From Mustelus asterias (lineage: Eukaryota), in assembly GCF_964213995.1 (NCBI RefSeq), contig NW_027590476.1, positions 62,001 to 126,000 of the forward strand: a stretch of DNA of 64,000 nucleotides, given 5' to 3'. The notes beneath the pieces were generated by a model, which did not search any database, was not told the origin of the DNA, and saw only the letters and a program-made list of their open reading frames with translations. Positions 12,760 to 24,357 of the stretch are shown here, piece after piece (within the stretch, counting starts at the first letter, position 1; each line of letters opens with the position of its first letter). The position numbers and the translations under genes are program-made.

Positions 12760-13064
12760 CACAGTGATGCAGAACAGGGAGAGAGCCGTACAGAAACTTG
12801 AACATGGTGAGGCTTACAGACACAGTGAGACAGAACAGGGAGAGAGCTGTACAGAAACTTGAACATGGTGAGGCTTACAGACACAGTGATGCAGAAGACG
12901 GAGAGAGCCGTACAGAAACTTGAACATGGTGAGGCTTACAGACACAGTGAGACAGAACACGGAGAGAGCTGGACAGAAACCTGAACATGGTGAGGATTTC
13001 AGACACAGTGATAAAGAACAAGGAGAGAGTTGTGCAAAAACATGGACATGGTGAGGACTACAAG
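12760..13064 (+). repeat. Tandem array of five 61-bp units, each a complete 23-RSS
   Basis: CACAGTG at 12760, 12821, 12882, 12943 and 13004. Each is followed by a 23-nt spacer, a nonamer (ACAGAAACT x3, ACAGAAACC, GCAAAAACA) and a 22-nt linker TGAACATGGTGAGGCTTACAGA. Confidence 0.95.
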
Positions 13065-13066
13065 AA

Positions 13067-13376
13067 TCTGTAATTCATCTTCAGGCTTTTGTTCAGCTCT
13101 CCGTGTTCTGTATCACTATGTCTGTAATCCTCACAATGTTCAGGTCTCCGTCTAGCTGTTTCCGTGTTCGAAATCACTGTGCCTGTAAACTTCACCATAT
13201 TCAGGTCTTTGTACAGTTCTCTCCGTGTTCTTCATCACAATGTCTGTAATTCTCACCATGTTCAGGTTTCTGGAAAGCTGTTTCCGTGTACCAAATCACT
13301 CTGTCTGTAATCATCACCATGTTCAGGTTTTTGTAAAGCTTTTTCCGTCTACCAAATCACTGTGTCTGTAATCATC
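13067..13376 (-). repeat. Inverted tandem array of the same 61-bp RSS unit (five copies; a sixth lies beyond the Penelope insertion at 15789-15837)
   Basis: Plus-strand heptamer positions 13114, 13175, 13236, 13297 and 13358. The unit at 13326-13364 is a perfect GGTTTTTGT-23-CACTGTG; the others are degenerate. Confidence 0.9.
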
Positions 13377-15788
13377 GTAAGAAGTCTCACAACACCAGGT
13401 TAAAGTCCAACAGGTTTATTTGGTAGCAAATACCATAAGCTTTCGGAGCAATGCTCCTTCGTCAGATGGAGTGGTCTCTGTTCTCAAAGAGGGCACAGAC
13501 ACAGAAATCAAATTACAGAATACTGATTAGAATGCAAATCTCTACAGCCAGCCAGGTCTTAAATGTACAGACAATGTGGGTGGAGGGAGCATTCAACACA
13601 GGTTAAAGAGATGTGTATAGTCTCCAGACAGTACAGCTTGTGAAATTGTGCAAGTCCAGGAGGCAAGCTGTGGGGGTTACTGATAATGTGACATAAATCC
13701 AACATCCCGGTTTAGACCGTCCTCATGTGTGCGGAACTTGGCTATCAGTTTCTGCTCAGTGACTCTGCGCTGTCGTGTGTCGTGAAGGCCGCCTTGGAGA
13801 ACGCTTACCTGAAGATCCAAGGCTGAATGCCCGTGACTGCTGAAGTGCTCCCCCACAGGAAGAGAACAGTCTTGCCTGGTGATTGTCGAGCGGTGTTCAT
13901 TCATCCGTTGTCGTAGCGTCTGCATGGTTTCCCCAATGTACCATGCCTTGGGACATCCTTTCTTGCAGCGTATCAGGTAGACAACGTTGGCCGAGTTGCA
14001 AGAGTAGGTACCGTGTACCTGGTAGATGGTGTTCTCACATGAGATGATGGCATCCGTGTTGATGATCCGGCACGTCTTGCAGAGGTTGCTGTGGCAGGGT
14101 TGTATGGTGTCGTGGTCACTGTTCTCCTGAAGCCTGGGTAGTTTGCTGCGGACAATGGTCTGTTTGAGGTTGCGTGGTTGTTTGAAGGCAAGAAGTGGGG
14201 GTGTGGGGATGGCCTTGGCGAGATGTTCGTCTTCATCAATGACATGTTGAAGGCTCCGGAGGAGTTGCCGTAGCTTCTCCGCTCCGGGGAAGTACTGGAC
14301 GAGGAAGGGTACTCTGTCCACCGTGTCCCATGTTTGTCTTCTGAGGAGGTCGGTGCGGTTTTTCGCTGTGGCGCGTCAGAACTGTTGATCGATGAGTCGA
14401 GCACCATATCCTGTTCTTATGAGGGCATCTTTCAGCGTCTGAAGGTGTCTGTTGCGATCCTCCTCATCCGAGCAGATCCTGTGTATTCGGAGGGCTTGTC
14501 CGTAGGGGATGGCTTCTTTTACGTGTTTAGGGTGGAAGCTGGAGAAGTGGAGCATCATGAGGTTATCCGTGGGCTTGCGGTACAGTGAGGTGCTGAGGTG
14601 ACCGTCCTTAATGGAGATGCGTGTGTCCAAGAATGCAACCGATTCCGGAGAGTAGTCCATGGTGAGTCTGATGGTGGGATGGAACTTGTTGATGTCATCA
14701 TATAGTTGTTTCAGTGATTGCTCACCATGACTCCAAAGGAAGAAAATGTCATCGATGTATCTAGTGTAGAGCATCGGTTGAAGGTCCTGTGCGGTGAAGA
14801 AGTCTTGTTCGAACCTGTGCATGAAGATGTTGGCATATTGAGGTGCGAATTTTGTCCCCATGGCTGTTCCGTGTGTCTGGATGAAGGACTGGTTGTTGAA
14901 GGTGAAGATATTGTGATCCAGGATGAAGCGGATGCGTTGTAAAATTGCATCTGGAAACTGGCAGTTGACGGCATTGAGCACTGAGGCCGTTGCAGCAATG
15001 CCATCATCGTGGGGGATGCTGGTGTAGAGTGCCGAGACATCCATTGTGACGAGGAGCGCTCCTGGTTCAACTGCTCCATGTGTGTTGAGTTTCTGTAGGA
15101 AGTCCGTAGTGTCGCGACAAAAGCTGGGGGTTCTTTGTACAATGGGTTTCAAGATGCCCTCGACATAGCCGGAGAGGTTCTCGCACAGGGTTCCGTTTCC
15201 TGAAACGATGGGACGGCCGGGTGTGTTTGCCTTGTGTATTTTTGGGAGGCAGTAGAGATCTCCAACGCGTGGAGTACGTGGGGTGAGAGCACGGAGGGTG
15301 TTCTGAAGGTCCGGATCAAAGGTTTTGATCAGAGTGCTGAGTTGACGGGTGTGTTCTTTGGTCGGATCTGTGGGTAACTCTCTGTAGTGTTCCTCGTTGT
15401 TCAGTTGTCGGTACACTTCTTTGCAGTAATCCGTTCTGTTCAGTAGGACGATGGCCCCTCCTTTGTCTGCTGGTTTGATGACAATGTTGCGGTTGGTCTT
15501 GAGAGCGTGGATGGCGTTGCGTTGTGCTTGGGTGATGTTCGGTGCTGTCTTGTGAGTGCGGCTGATGAATTTGGTGTTGACGCACCTCCTGATGGCTTGG
15601 GCATACATGTCAAGTCGAGGGCAGCGGCCTTCCGGAGGAGTCCAATTCGACTCTTCCCTCTTCGGTTGCACTGCGGGTCTCTCTGTCTGCTGTTCCGGTT
15701 CATTAGCTGTCTCATTGTGTTCGCTGTTGGCCTCTTGGGGTTTGTGGAAGAACTCCCGCAGCCTCATTCGCCTGATGAATTCCTCTGA
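13377..15788 (-). mobile_element. Penelope-like retroelement (RT + GIY-YIG), 5' truncated, one nonsense codon
   Basis: RT motifs KPADKGG, LPKIHK, GTAMG and RYIDD, then NVVYLIRC...YIGET in the same frame after a CGA>TGA stop at 14376-14378 (the copy at ~63426 has CGA). It splits an RSS-array linker (ATCATC|ACCATG). Confidence 0.95.
13433..13469 (-). ncRNA. Minimal type I hammerhead ribozyme in Penelope terminal repeat
   Basis: CCAU-CUGACGA-A-GGAGC(AUU)GCUCC-GAAA-GC-UU-AUGG: intact core, stems I and II, and a palindromic AAGCUU in place of stem III. Confidence 0.7.
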
Positions 15789-15798
15789 ACCATGTTCA

Positions 15799-16143
15799 GG
15801 TTTTTGTACAGCTGTCTCCGTGTTCTGTGACACTATGCTGTGCGCCAACTCATTTCACAGTAATAAACAGCGGAGTCCGCTCAGTTGAAGTTTGGAGATC
15901 TTTAACCGGCTGATTTTGACTGAAGATTCGATAGAAGCAGAAATTCTCCCCGCGACAGCGTTGCTTTATTCTCGTCTCCTGAAGTGTGTGTCTGAAGCAG
16001 GCACTTCGGAGTCTGTCCTCGGGTCTGACGGTACCAGTGTACTGTGTCCTGACAGAGACCTGAATATTCATAGCTTAACAGAACCGTGTCGCCGGCAGCA
16101 GATGTTTGTAGAAGGGAACTTGGTGACACAGGTGAGCTGGAAT
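15799..16143 (-). pseudogene. Supporting TCR-delta V pseudogene (inverted cassette)
   Basis: SSPVSPSSLLQTSAAGDTVLLSYEYSGLCQDTVHWYRQ... is a paralogue of 12454-12759. Cys23>Tyr and frameshifts. RSS is CATAGTG, 23 nt, ACAAAAACC. Confidence 0.9.
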
Positions 16144-16251
16144 CTGCAGTGTAGAAATAAAATGAATTGTTTGTTTCGTCGCCGTTTATCCTGGAAACTT
16201 GTCAATCGGGTTAATACCTGTCTGTTGCAGCAATTTGTTTAATTGAATTTG

Positions 16252-16560
16252 GGGTCGGCGCAGTGACACAGTTGCCAATGTTGCCTCACAGCGCCAGGGA
16301 CCCAGGTTCAATTTCACGCTCGGGTCACTGTTTGCCTGTTCTCCCCGTGACCGTTTGGGTTTCCTCCGGGTGCTCTGGCTTCCTCCCCCAGTCCAAAAAT
16401 GTGCAGATTACGTTGATCGACATTGACCCTCGTGCCAGAGGGAGATTAGAAAGGCAAATATGTGGGGTTATGGGGATAGAGCCTGGGACTGGGTGGGACG
16501 TGGTCGGTGCAGACTCGATAGGCCGAATGACCTCTTTCTGCCCTGTTGGGATTCTGTGAA
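16252..16560 (+). mobile_element. HE1-type V-SINE (diverged)
   Basis: Same core and tail as 1825-2168. Confidence 0.75.
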
Positions 16561-17625
16561 TTTGAATTGGAAATAAACAAGCGTGGCAGATCTTCAGACC
16601 TTTTTTGCACAGAGAATTGCAGTCACCTGAATGGCATGCGGAAGGGCTGATGCTGGGAGCAGACTTAGCATTAACTTTCAAACGGTAATTGAGGGGGAGA
16701 AACTTCTGGGACAGGACAGGATTCCAGTGGGGACCAAAGAAGAGCGAATAGGTACATTGGCAGAACCTTCAAATTACTGACAGAATTGTGTTTTTTTTGC
16801 GGAGTATGATTCTATTTTTATTAAATATCTGCTAATAAATATATTGGTGAAGTGCGAACCAGAAAACTAAATCGTAAAGTTCACTCTTCTTTTCAATGAA
16901 TTAATTGCTGTCTAGATTTGATTGCCCGAAAGAAAATCGGGCAGTCTTGTGAACCTGTAAATCTCAAGGTTCAGCACAGAATAGAGATTTTCGTCCGCAC
17001 CTATTAATCCGAAATGACAATGTAAATCTGTGGGTCAAAAATCGACCTTTGGCCGCAGTTCAACACTACAAGGTAACTCCTGTCTGCCGTTGGGCTCTTT
17101 GTCTGTTTCCGTCCATCAATTCTACCGTTTTACTTCCATTAGAAATATTTGCAAGTTGATTTCATTTTATTTCTACATCTGAGTTGTTTTCTGTCTGTTC
17201 ATGGCGGTTTCTAACCGTCATGAAAACTTGCCCTAATTTCTCTCAGTTGTCGGTTGGTTCAGTCTGTTCAGTTTCCGCAGTGGTTTCACTGTTACTCACT
17301 GGGAACTGCCTTCAGGGTATGTGAGAATTTCAATCCTTTTAGTCCATTGGCTGATTGTTCCCTGTTCTTTCCGAACACAATAGTCTCTGAGTTTAACATT
17401 CTACACTTTCCACTTTACACGAATAGGCCACTCAGTCCAGCTGGTCGAAGATTGTCCTCGGACGCCCGTTCACCTCTCGAACCCGAAATAACCATTTACA
17501 TCCTGAGCTGTGTGTCTTTTTATTCCTCTCTCCCAAGCTGTGCCATAAATGCATCACGCCGTTTCTCCAAAGAGCGAGTTTCACATTCTGATGTGTCTCC
17601 GTGTAAATATACCCGAATGTTTCTA

Positions 17626-17812
17626 TCATAAGAACATAAGAACATAAGAAATAGGAGCAGGAGTAGGCCATCTGGCCCTTCGAGCCTGCCCCGCCATTCA
17701 ATAAGATCATGGCTGATCTGAAGCGAATCAGTTCCACTTACCCGCCTGCTCCCCATATTCCCTAATTCCCTTATCGATCAGAAAACTATCTACCCGTGAT
17801 TTAAACATATTC
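17626..17812 (-). mobile_element. CR1 LINE 3' end fragment
   Basis: (CATAAGAA)n tail plus ATAGGAGCAGGAGTAGGCC..., nearly identical to 57841-58020. Confidence 0.85.
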
Positions 17813-19358
17813 TAAACATGTCTATCTCTTCTGATAGACATTTCATATTTCATATATAAATATCCAGTTCTTTTGGGGGCCCTGGTTCGAATCCTGCCTC
17901 GGCAGTTGGTGGAATTTGACTTCAATTTTAAAAATCTGAAGTTAAGTATCTGCTGCTGACCGTGAAACCATTTCCGATGTTTAGAAAAAGCCACAGCAAT
18001 GTGATTGACTCTCAACTGTCCTTAAATATGGCCCAGCCAGCCATTGATTTGAAGGGCGACCAGGAATGCACAATAAATGATGGCCAACCAGCGACGCCAT
18101 GTCACACGAATGATTTAAAGAAAGAAACAGCTCTCCCACCGAAGGACCAGTTTCTGCACATGGAACTCCTTGAAACTACAACATAATGTTCGGTGTTTCA
18201 ATGCCGTTTTTCATGTCTTACCGGCCTTCGAGAGCCGAAAGTCAAAGCTTTTGCAAACTTTCGATATCCATACACATGATTGATTATTTATATTCTCTGA
18301 GTGTAAGAAATTCATGCAGATAATAAGATACATAAAATTTAGAAACATGGTAGACCAATCCACCTTGGGGACCCACTGTACAATTCAGGAATGTTCAGAT
18401 CTGTTCATCTACCTTAATGCTAACTGTGCGTCCTATTTCCAAATCCATTGATTCCATTAGTACTCAAAAATAAAATCTTTGGAACGGTTCAGCACCCTCA
18501 GCCGCGACACAACCCAATTCTTGAGGGATTCATTGTGCTTCAGTGAGCACAATCGCATGTTTTTGAAATCGACAAAAAACATAATGCAAACAGAATTGTC
18601 CACCATCAGCGATCAATATGTGGAAGAGAATGCAATTCTAACGTTTTGGAATTCTGCCAAAATAATTGTTAAGAGGAAGGAAATAAAAATCAGATGGGAT
18701 GTAATTATTTTTAGTCACTGATTGCGCATGAAATGTCACCTACAACTATAAAATTAGCTCTTGAAGCTATTTGTGTCATGTTCCTGTTTTCCTGTCACTG
18801 CAGGTATTGGATCTGCCGCTGCAATTTTGGATTGCTTCTCCCGGTAGCTCATTGACATTTCCTGGAGCAGAGAGAAATCCTGTGCTCAGTGGCTCCGCTT
18901 CCTCCCAGCGGGGAGCGGGGAGCAGGGTTCGGTGTGTCCACAAGTTGCTTCTTATTCGTTGATGAGAACTGGGTGTCGACGCTGCCCGTCGCCAGTGACC
19001 CAGAGGCAGTTGAGAGTCAGACACATTGGTGTGACTCTACAGTCACATGTAGGCCAGACAGGTAAAGACGGCAGATTTCCTTCCCTGAAGGACATTAGTG
19101 AACCAGATGGGGGTTTCTGACAATCGTCAATGGTTTCATGGTCATCAGTAGATTCATAATTCCAGATATGTTTATTGAATTGAAATTCCACCATCTGCCC
19201 TGGCGGGTTCCCAGAACTTTAGCTGTGTTTTTGAATTCATTGTCCAGTGATAATTCCTCTTGGTCACGGCCTCCCCTAATGGGCGCTCACTGAAACCAGT
19301 TAGGAGAGTGAGAGTGCAGGCAGTTGTGAGGATTAACCGATGCCTTCCTTAAACCATG

Positions 19359-19905
19359 ATTTGGAGATGCCGGCGTTGGAATGGGGTGGGCACGGTAAGA
19401 AGTCGCACAACACCAGGTTAAAGTCCAACAGCCTTATTTGGAATCACGAGCTTTCGGAGTGCAGCTACTTCCTCAGGTGAGTGGAGAGTTGGGTTTGCAA
19501 ACACGGCACATATACACATAGACGCAATTCCAAGGTAATGGTTGGAATGCGAATCTTTGAGGACGGCCTCAGCCGGGATCTTAGGTTCATGTCACAATAC
19601 ATGTAACCTCCATCATTTTCCCTGGGCTTGCAAAGTCCTACCATCTGTCCTGGCTTGAGACAATTCGCACCTCTTTAACCTGTGATTATTCTTCTCTCCA
19701 CTCGCGTTCTCTGCGCCTGTAAAGACTTGATTACCTGTAAAGACTTGCATTCCAACCATTGTCTTGCAATTGTGTTTCTGTCTATATATGCCGTGTTGTG
19801 AACCCAACTCTCCACTCACCTGAGAAAGGAGCAGCGCTCCGAAAGCTCGTGATTCCAAATAAACCCGTTGGCCTTTAATCTAGCGTTGTGAGACTTTTTA
19901 CTGTT
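19359..19905. mobile_element. Penelope-derived element with inverted terminal repeats
   Basis: Contains the ORF end (EDGLSRDLRFMSQY) flanked by two opposite-facing terminal repeats with degenerate hammerhead motifs. Confidence 0.75.
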
Positions 19906-20198
19906 CCTTAAACCAATAATAGTCCAGATCGAGTGAGCTGAACCTCCTTCCCTGTGGGATACCTGTCCTTCAGGTTCTCACATTGCTTCAATCTGGTCTC
20001 ATAGCCTGACTCTTCGAGTTGTGAGACTCTTCGGTTTCTTAATCTGCTCCCAAGTCTAAATCTGCAATTGAAAATCTTCCACTGGAAAGCACCCTGCTTT
20101 AGAAGCAGAGAATTGAAGTGATGCTGATAACGAATTTAAACTGACGGTGAACACTAACCTAAACAGGCTGCAACACAATAGGATTAGGAGTCACCTAC

Positions 20199-20250
20199 CG
20201 GCTGTGACAGTCACCACCGCCCCAGACCCATCTGCAATCTCCATTCTCCC
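20199..20250 (-). other. NAR-TCR J segment of the inverted cassette
   Basis: Reads GRMEIADGSGAVVTVTA with a GTAGGT donor. 23-RSS at 20251-20289 with a perfect heptamer. Confidence 0.85.
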
Positions 20251-20623
20251 CACAGTGTCAGCGCTCTCAGTCAGCCCAGCACAAGAATGACTGACACCTC
20301 AAACTGCCGAGCAGCCATTACCGAGCAATCAGTGTTTCTCGATTATTCAGGGGATTTGAATCCATAATGAACATTGGTTGTTTAAAAAAAACCTCATTGG
20401 ATCAAACTTTTCCTTGTGACTCTCTGAGTTCCTGGTAAAATATCCCAGGAACAGGAGCAGAGATGCAAGATTCTTATTAATGGCGAAAAACCTGGAAGAA
20501 TTATAACTGATAGGTGGAAATTAAAATGAAATTAAACTAGATTGAACTGGGAATAACATCAAACCGACAAGTCAAGTTACCGAACATGGGAATTGCTGGG
20601 AATTACTGTTTTGATTATCCTGA

Positions 20624-21132
20624 GGTTTTTGTCGAACTCTCTCCGAATGCGGTGTCCTATGTGAGTAGTACCAGTGCTGAACGTTACAGTAATAGGTGGC
20701 ACTGTCTTCAACTTTCACATCCCGAATTTCCAGTGAAAATGTCTTTTCTGCTTTATTCACCAATACAATAAATCTCCCTCCGCTGGTGACCCGCTCCTGC
20801 TCCATCCCGGTCTGGATTTGTCTGAAAAAATGACCATTTTCTAAATCATGAACTTCACAGAAAACACAGGTGATGGTAAGAGACTGACACTCCTTCCTGG
20901 TCAACGCTGCCAGGCTCTGTGTCACTGGCTGATTGAAAGATCCTGGAAATTAAACACAGAGAGTTTAATGGACCATCAGAGCCGAACCAAACAAAGGGGC
21001 TAAAATCCGAGACAGTGTCTGTAATTGAGATGGACACGAGGCAGCTTTATATTCAATCCACACAATGTGGGTTAGTTTGATCGGTACTCATCAGGGTAAA
21101 CAGGCACACAGGGTGAAAACAAGGATTCCCAT
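20624..21132 (-). pseudogene. NAR-TCR V pseudogene (inverted cassette)
   Basis: V exon 20652-20942 is open (QPVTQSLAALTRKECQSLTITCVF...YYCNVQHWYYSHRT). The leader donor is destroyed (CCC TGA TGAGT) and the heptamer is mutated: CGCATTC, 12 nt, ACAAAAACC. Confidence 0.9.
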
Positions 21133-21460
21133 CGTTCTGCTGTCTGGAGCTGACGGTTTATATGCCAGGGAGCTGAGACGACAGAGCTGGACTGCTCTGG
21201 GAGACTGGCTCTCAGAGCTGCACTGAAGTCTTTCAGACCCGAACATCGGTGAATTCGGCCACGCCCACAGTTTAAAATGAAACTCCAGTATTTAAATGGG
21301 GAACTGAGCTGTGAATTTTCAGTCGAAACTCCCGGCAGCGAGAATCCAGAATTTCAGCAGGTGATCGACAGTTGTGGGTGGCATGCTCGACTTGGTTTCG
21401 AATAGATTATTTATTGTTATTGATTCAATGGATGTGGGCTTCGCTGGCGATGCCAGTAGA

Positions 21461-22845
21461 GTCATAGAGTCATAGAGGTTTACAGCATGGAAACAGGCCC
21501 TTCGGCCCAACTTGTCCATGCCGCCCTTTTTTTTTTAAACCACTAAGCGAATCCCAATTGCCCGCATTTGGCCCTTATCCCTCTATACTCATCGTACCCA
21601 TGTAACTATCTAAATGCTTTTTAAAAGACAAAATTGTACCCGCCTCCACTACTACCTCACCACCCTCTGTGTGAAGAAAAGGCCACTCTGGACACTTTTG
21701 TGTCTGTCCCCTCTCACCTTAAACCTATGCCCTCTAGTTTTAGACTCTGCAAGTCTGGGAAAAGATATTGACTATCTAGCTGGTCTATGCCCCTCATTAT
21801 TTTAAAGACCTCCATAAGATCACCCCTCAGCCTCATAGGCTCCAGAGAAAAAAGTACCAGTCTATCCAGCCTCTCCTTATAACTCAATCCATCAAGTCGC
21901 GGTAGCATCCTAGTAAATCTTTTCTGCACTCTTTCTCGTTTAATAATATCCTTTCTATAATAGGGTTACTAAAATTGCACACAGTATTCCAAGTGTGGCC
22001 TCACCAATGTCTTGTACAACTTCAACAAGACGTCCCAACTCCTGTATTCAATGTTCTGACCGATGAATCCAAGCATGCCGAATGCCTTTTTCACCACTCT
22101 GTCCACCTGAGACTCCACTTGCAAGTGGAGTCTCAGGTGGACCACTTGAGACTCCACTTGAGTCCACTTTGTTCTGTAACGCTTCCCAACGCCCTACCAT
22201 TAACTGAGTAAGTCCTGCCCTGGTTCAAACTACCAAAATACATCACCTCGCCTTTGTCTAAATTAAACTCCATCTGCCATTCGGCAGCCCAGTGGCCCAA
22301 TCAAGATCCCGTTGCAATTGAAGATAACTTTCTTCACTGTCCACTATGCCACCAATCTTACTGTCATCTGCAAACTTAGTAACCATGCCTCCTATATTCT
22401 CATCCAAATCATTAATATAAATGACAAATAACAGTGGACCCAGCACTGATCCCTGAGGCACACTGCTGGTCACAGGCCTCCAGTTTGAAAAACAACCCTC
22501 TACAACCAACCTCTGGCTTCCATCAAGAAGTCAATTTTGTATCCATTTCGATACCTCACCCTGGATCCCGTGAGATTTAACCTCATGCAACAACCGACCA
22601 TGCGGTACTTTGTGAAAGGCCTTGCTGAAATCCGTGTAGACAACGTCGACTGCACTGCCCTCATCTACCTTCTTGGTTACCTCTTCAAAAAACTCAATCA
22701 AATTTATGAGACATGATTTTCCCCTCACAAAGTCATGCTGACTCTCCCTAATCAGTCATTGCGTCTCTAAATTCCTGTGGATTCTGTCTCTCAAAATACC
22801 TTCCAACAACTTACCCACGACAGATGTGAGGCTCACGGGCCTATT
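21461..22845 (-). mobile_element. CR1 LINE, 5' truncated, degenerate RT
   Basis: DFSKAF..VPH, VPQGSVLGPLLF, KFADD and LVRPHLEYC motifs; (CTATGACT)n tail; candidate TSD CCAGTAGA at 21453 and 22846. Confidence 0.9.
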
Positions 22846-23772
22846 CCAGTAGACATTACCAATCTCTAATTGCCCTTGATAACGTGGTGGTGAACCGCCT
22901 TCTTGAAAGGTTGCAGTCGCTGCGGTGTACGTAAACCCACAGCGCTGCTAGGGAGGGAATTCCAGAATATTTTCCAGGGGACAGTGAAGGAATCGAGTAC
23001 ATTTCCAAGTCTGGAAAGTGATAGTGTTCCGATGTGTCCTCCTCGGTTTCAGCTGTTGTGTGCTTGAAATGTACCGCTTAACGAGGCTTGGTGAGTTCCT
23101 GCAGTGCATCGTGTATGTAATGCAGACGGCTGCATTGGTGGTGGAGGGAATGAATGTTAGGGTCCATTAAAACTGATTTCAAACAATCGACATGCAAAGC
23201 AAAATGAATGCTTTCTGAGGGGTGCATGCTATTATGTAACGTAATACCGCGACGGGAGAGACGATTTCGATTTTGTTTATCCCTGTATCCTAATCAAACA
23301 GGGGACCATGATGAAGCAATATTATAGAGAGAGCCTAGTGAATTCATGAATGACATAACGACTACGAAATAAATAACCAGAGCTTTAGAACCACCAAAAA
23401 ACAAGGAGAATCTAGCTAGCACAATAGAAATGGGGTCCAGAGAAAAATAAACATGGAAAGAAACGACTGGAATAGTCAAGAGGGCTGGGATTGTTATCAA
23501 CATATCTATTAATTTCCATATGTTCTTCTGTCGGATTTTTTGACAGCTCCCACGTGGTGGCATTGGGCAGTTTCATGATGTTTCCGGTGCTGTGTGAATG
23601 TGTTTGTGAGAATGCATGCTATTGTGACGTGATGGTCGGTGGAGTCTGTCGGCATCGTTTGTACTGTCTGGGAATGACTTACATTTTGTGAGGAACTTAT
23701 ATGTTGCATGGGACTCCTACTTCTGTTATATGAGGCCATTCGATAACATGTGACTGTCACTGTCAATTCGAT

Positions 23773-23950
23773 ACAAAAACAGAAAATGCTGGAAAATCTC
23801 AGCAGGTCTGACAGCATCTGCAGAGAGAAAATAGAACCAACGTTTCGAGTCTGAATGACCCTTTGTCAGACCGCTTCGCTCCACAGATGCTGTCAGACCT
23901 GCTGGGATTTTTCAGCATTTTCTGTTTTTGTTCCAGATTCCAGCTTCAGT
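23773..23950. mobile_element. Short palindromic non-autonomous element (probably Penelope-derived)
   Basis: ~48-bp inverted arms AAAAACAGAAAATGCTGGAAAATCTCAGCAGGTCTGACAGCATCTG. Relatives at ~10645-10740, ~49600-49730 and ~50498-50645. Confidence 0.65.
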
Positions 23951-24357
23951 AGTTTTTTAAATCTTACTATCATTCCGATTTTCATCTGTTCTAATGTCAC
24001 TGAGCTATGCTGCCTGCTGCCTCGTGGCTGTAATATTTTTTAGCTGTATCATTATAATGAACATTTCACATGATAAGCATCCGTTACTTTTGCCCAAGTA
24101 TTAAGTAATTCAACTCAAAATTACCCAGGCGGCAGGAGACATAAAGACTAGATCGTCCCCTCCCTGGAATATCGCAATATGCTAACCCCTCCCAGAATGA
24201 ACATGGAAAATGAGTGCTGAATCTGTTTGTTCAAGTAAGTGTAAATAATGTTGGAAATTAATTGCGTCCCTGTAGATTTCCAACAGTATTAATGTGGGTG
24301 CCTGTGACTTTGTAACAGAGAATCTTTGTGTTTAACTGTCATCTTTTCTCATACAGA

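Noticed and set aside
12760-13376. CRISPR-like repeat-spacer array
   Set aside because: The whole 61-bp unit is repeated with no unique spacers, the context is vertebrate, and the units are RSSs.
13532-13539. Ig octamer ATGCAAAT
   Set aside because: It lies inside the Penelope terminal repeat, and the other copies read ATGCGAAT.
15789-15848. N-terminal extension of the 490-aa Penelope ORF
   Set aside because: It starts at a non-ATG codon and reads through the pseudo-V RSS, a chance fusion at the insertion junction.
18771-18962. Acceptor CTGCAG plus short ORF as another V exon
   Set aside because: No Cys/Trp/YYC pattern and no RSS.
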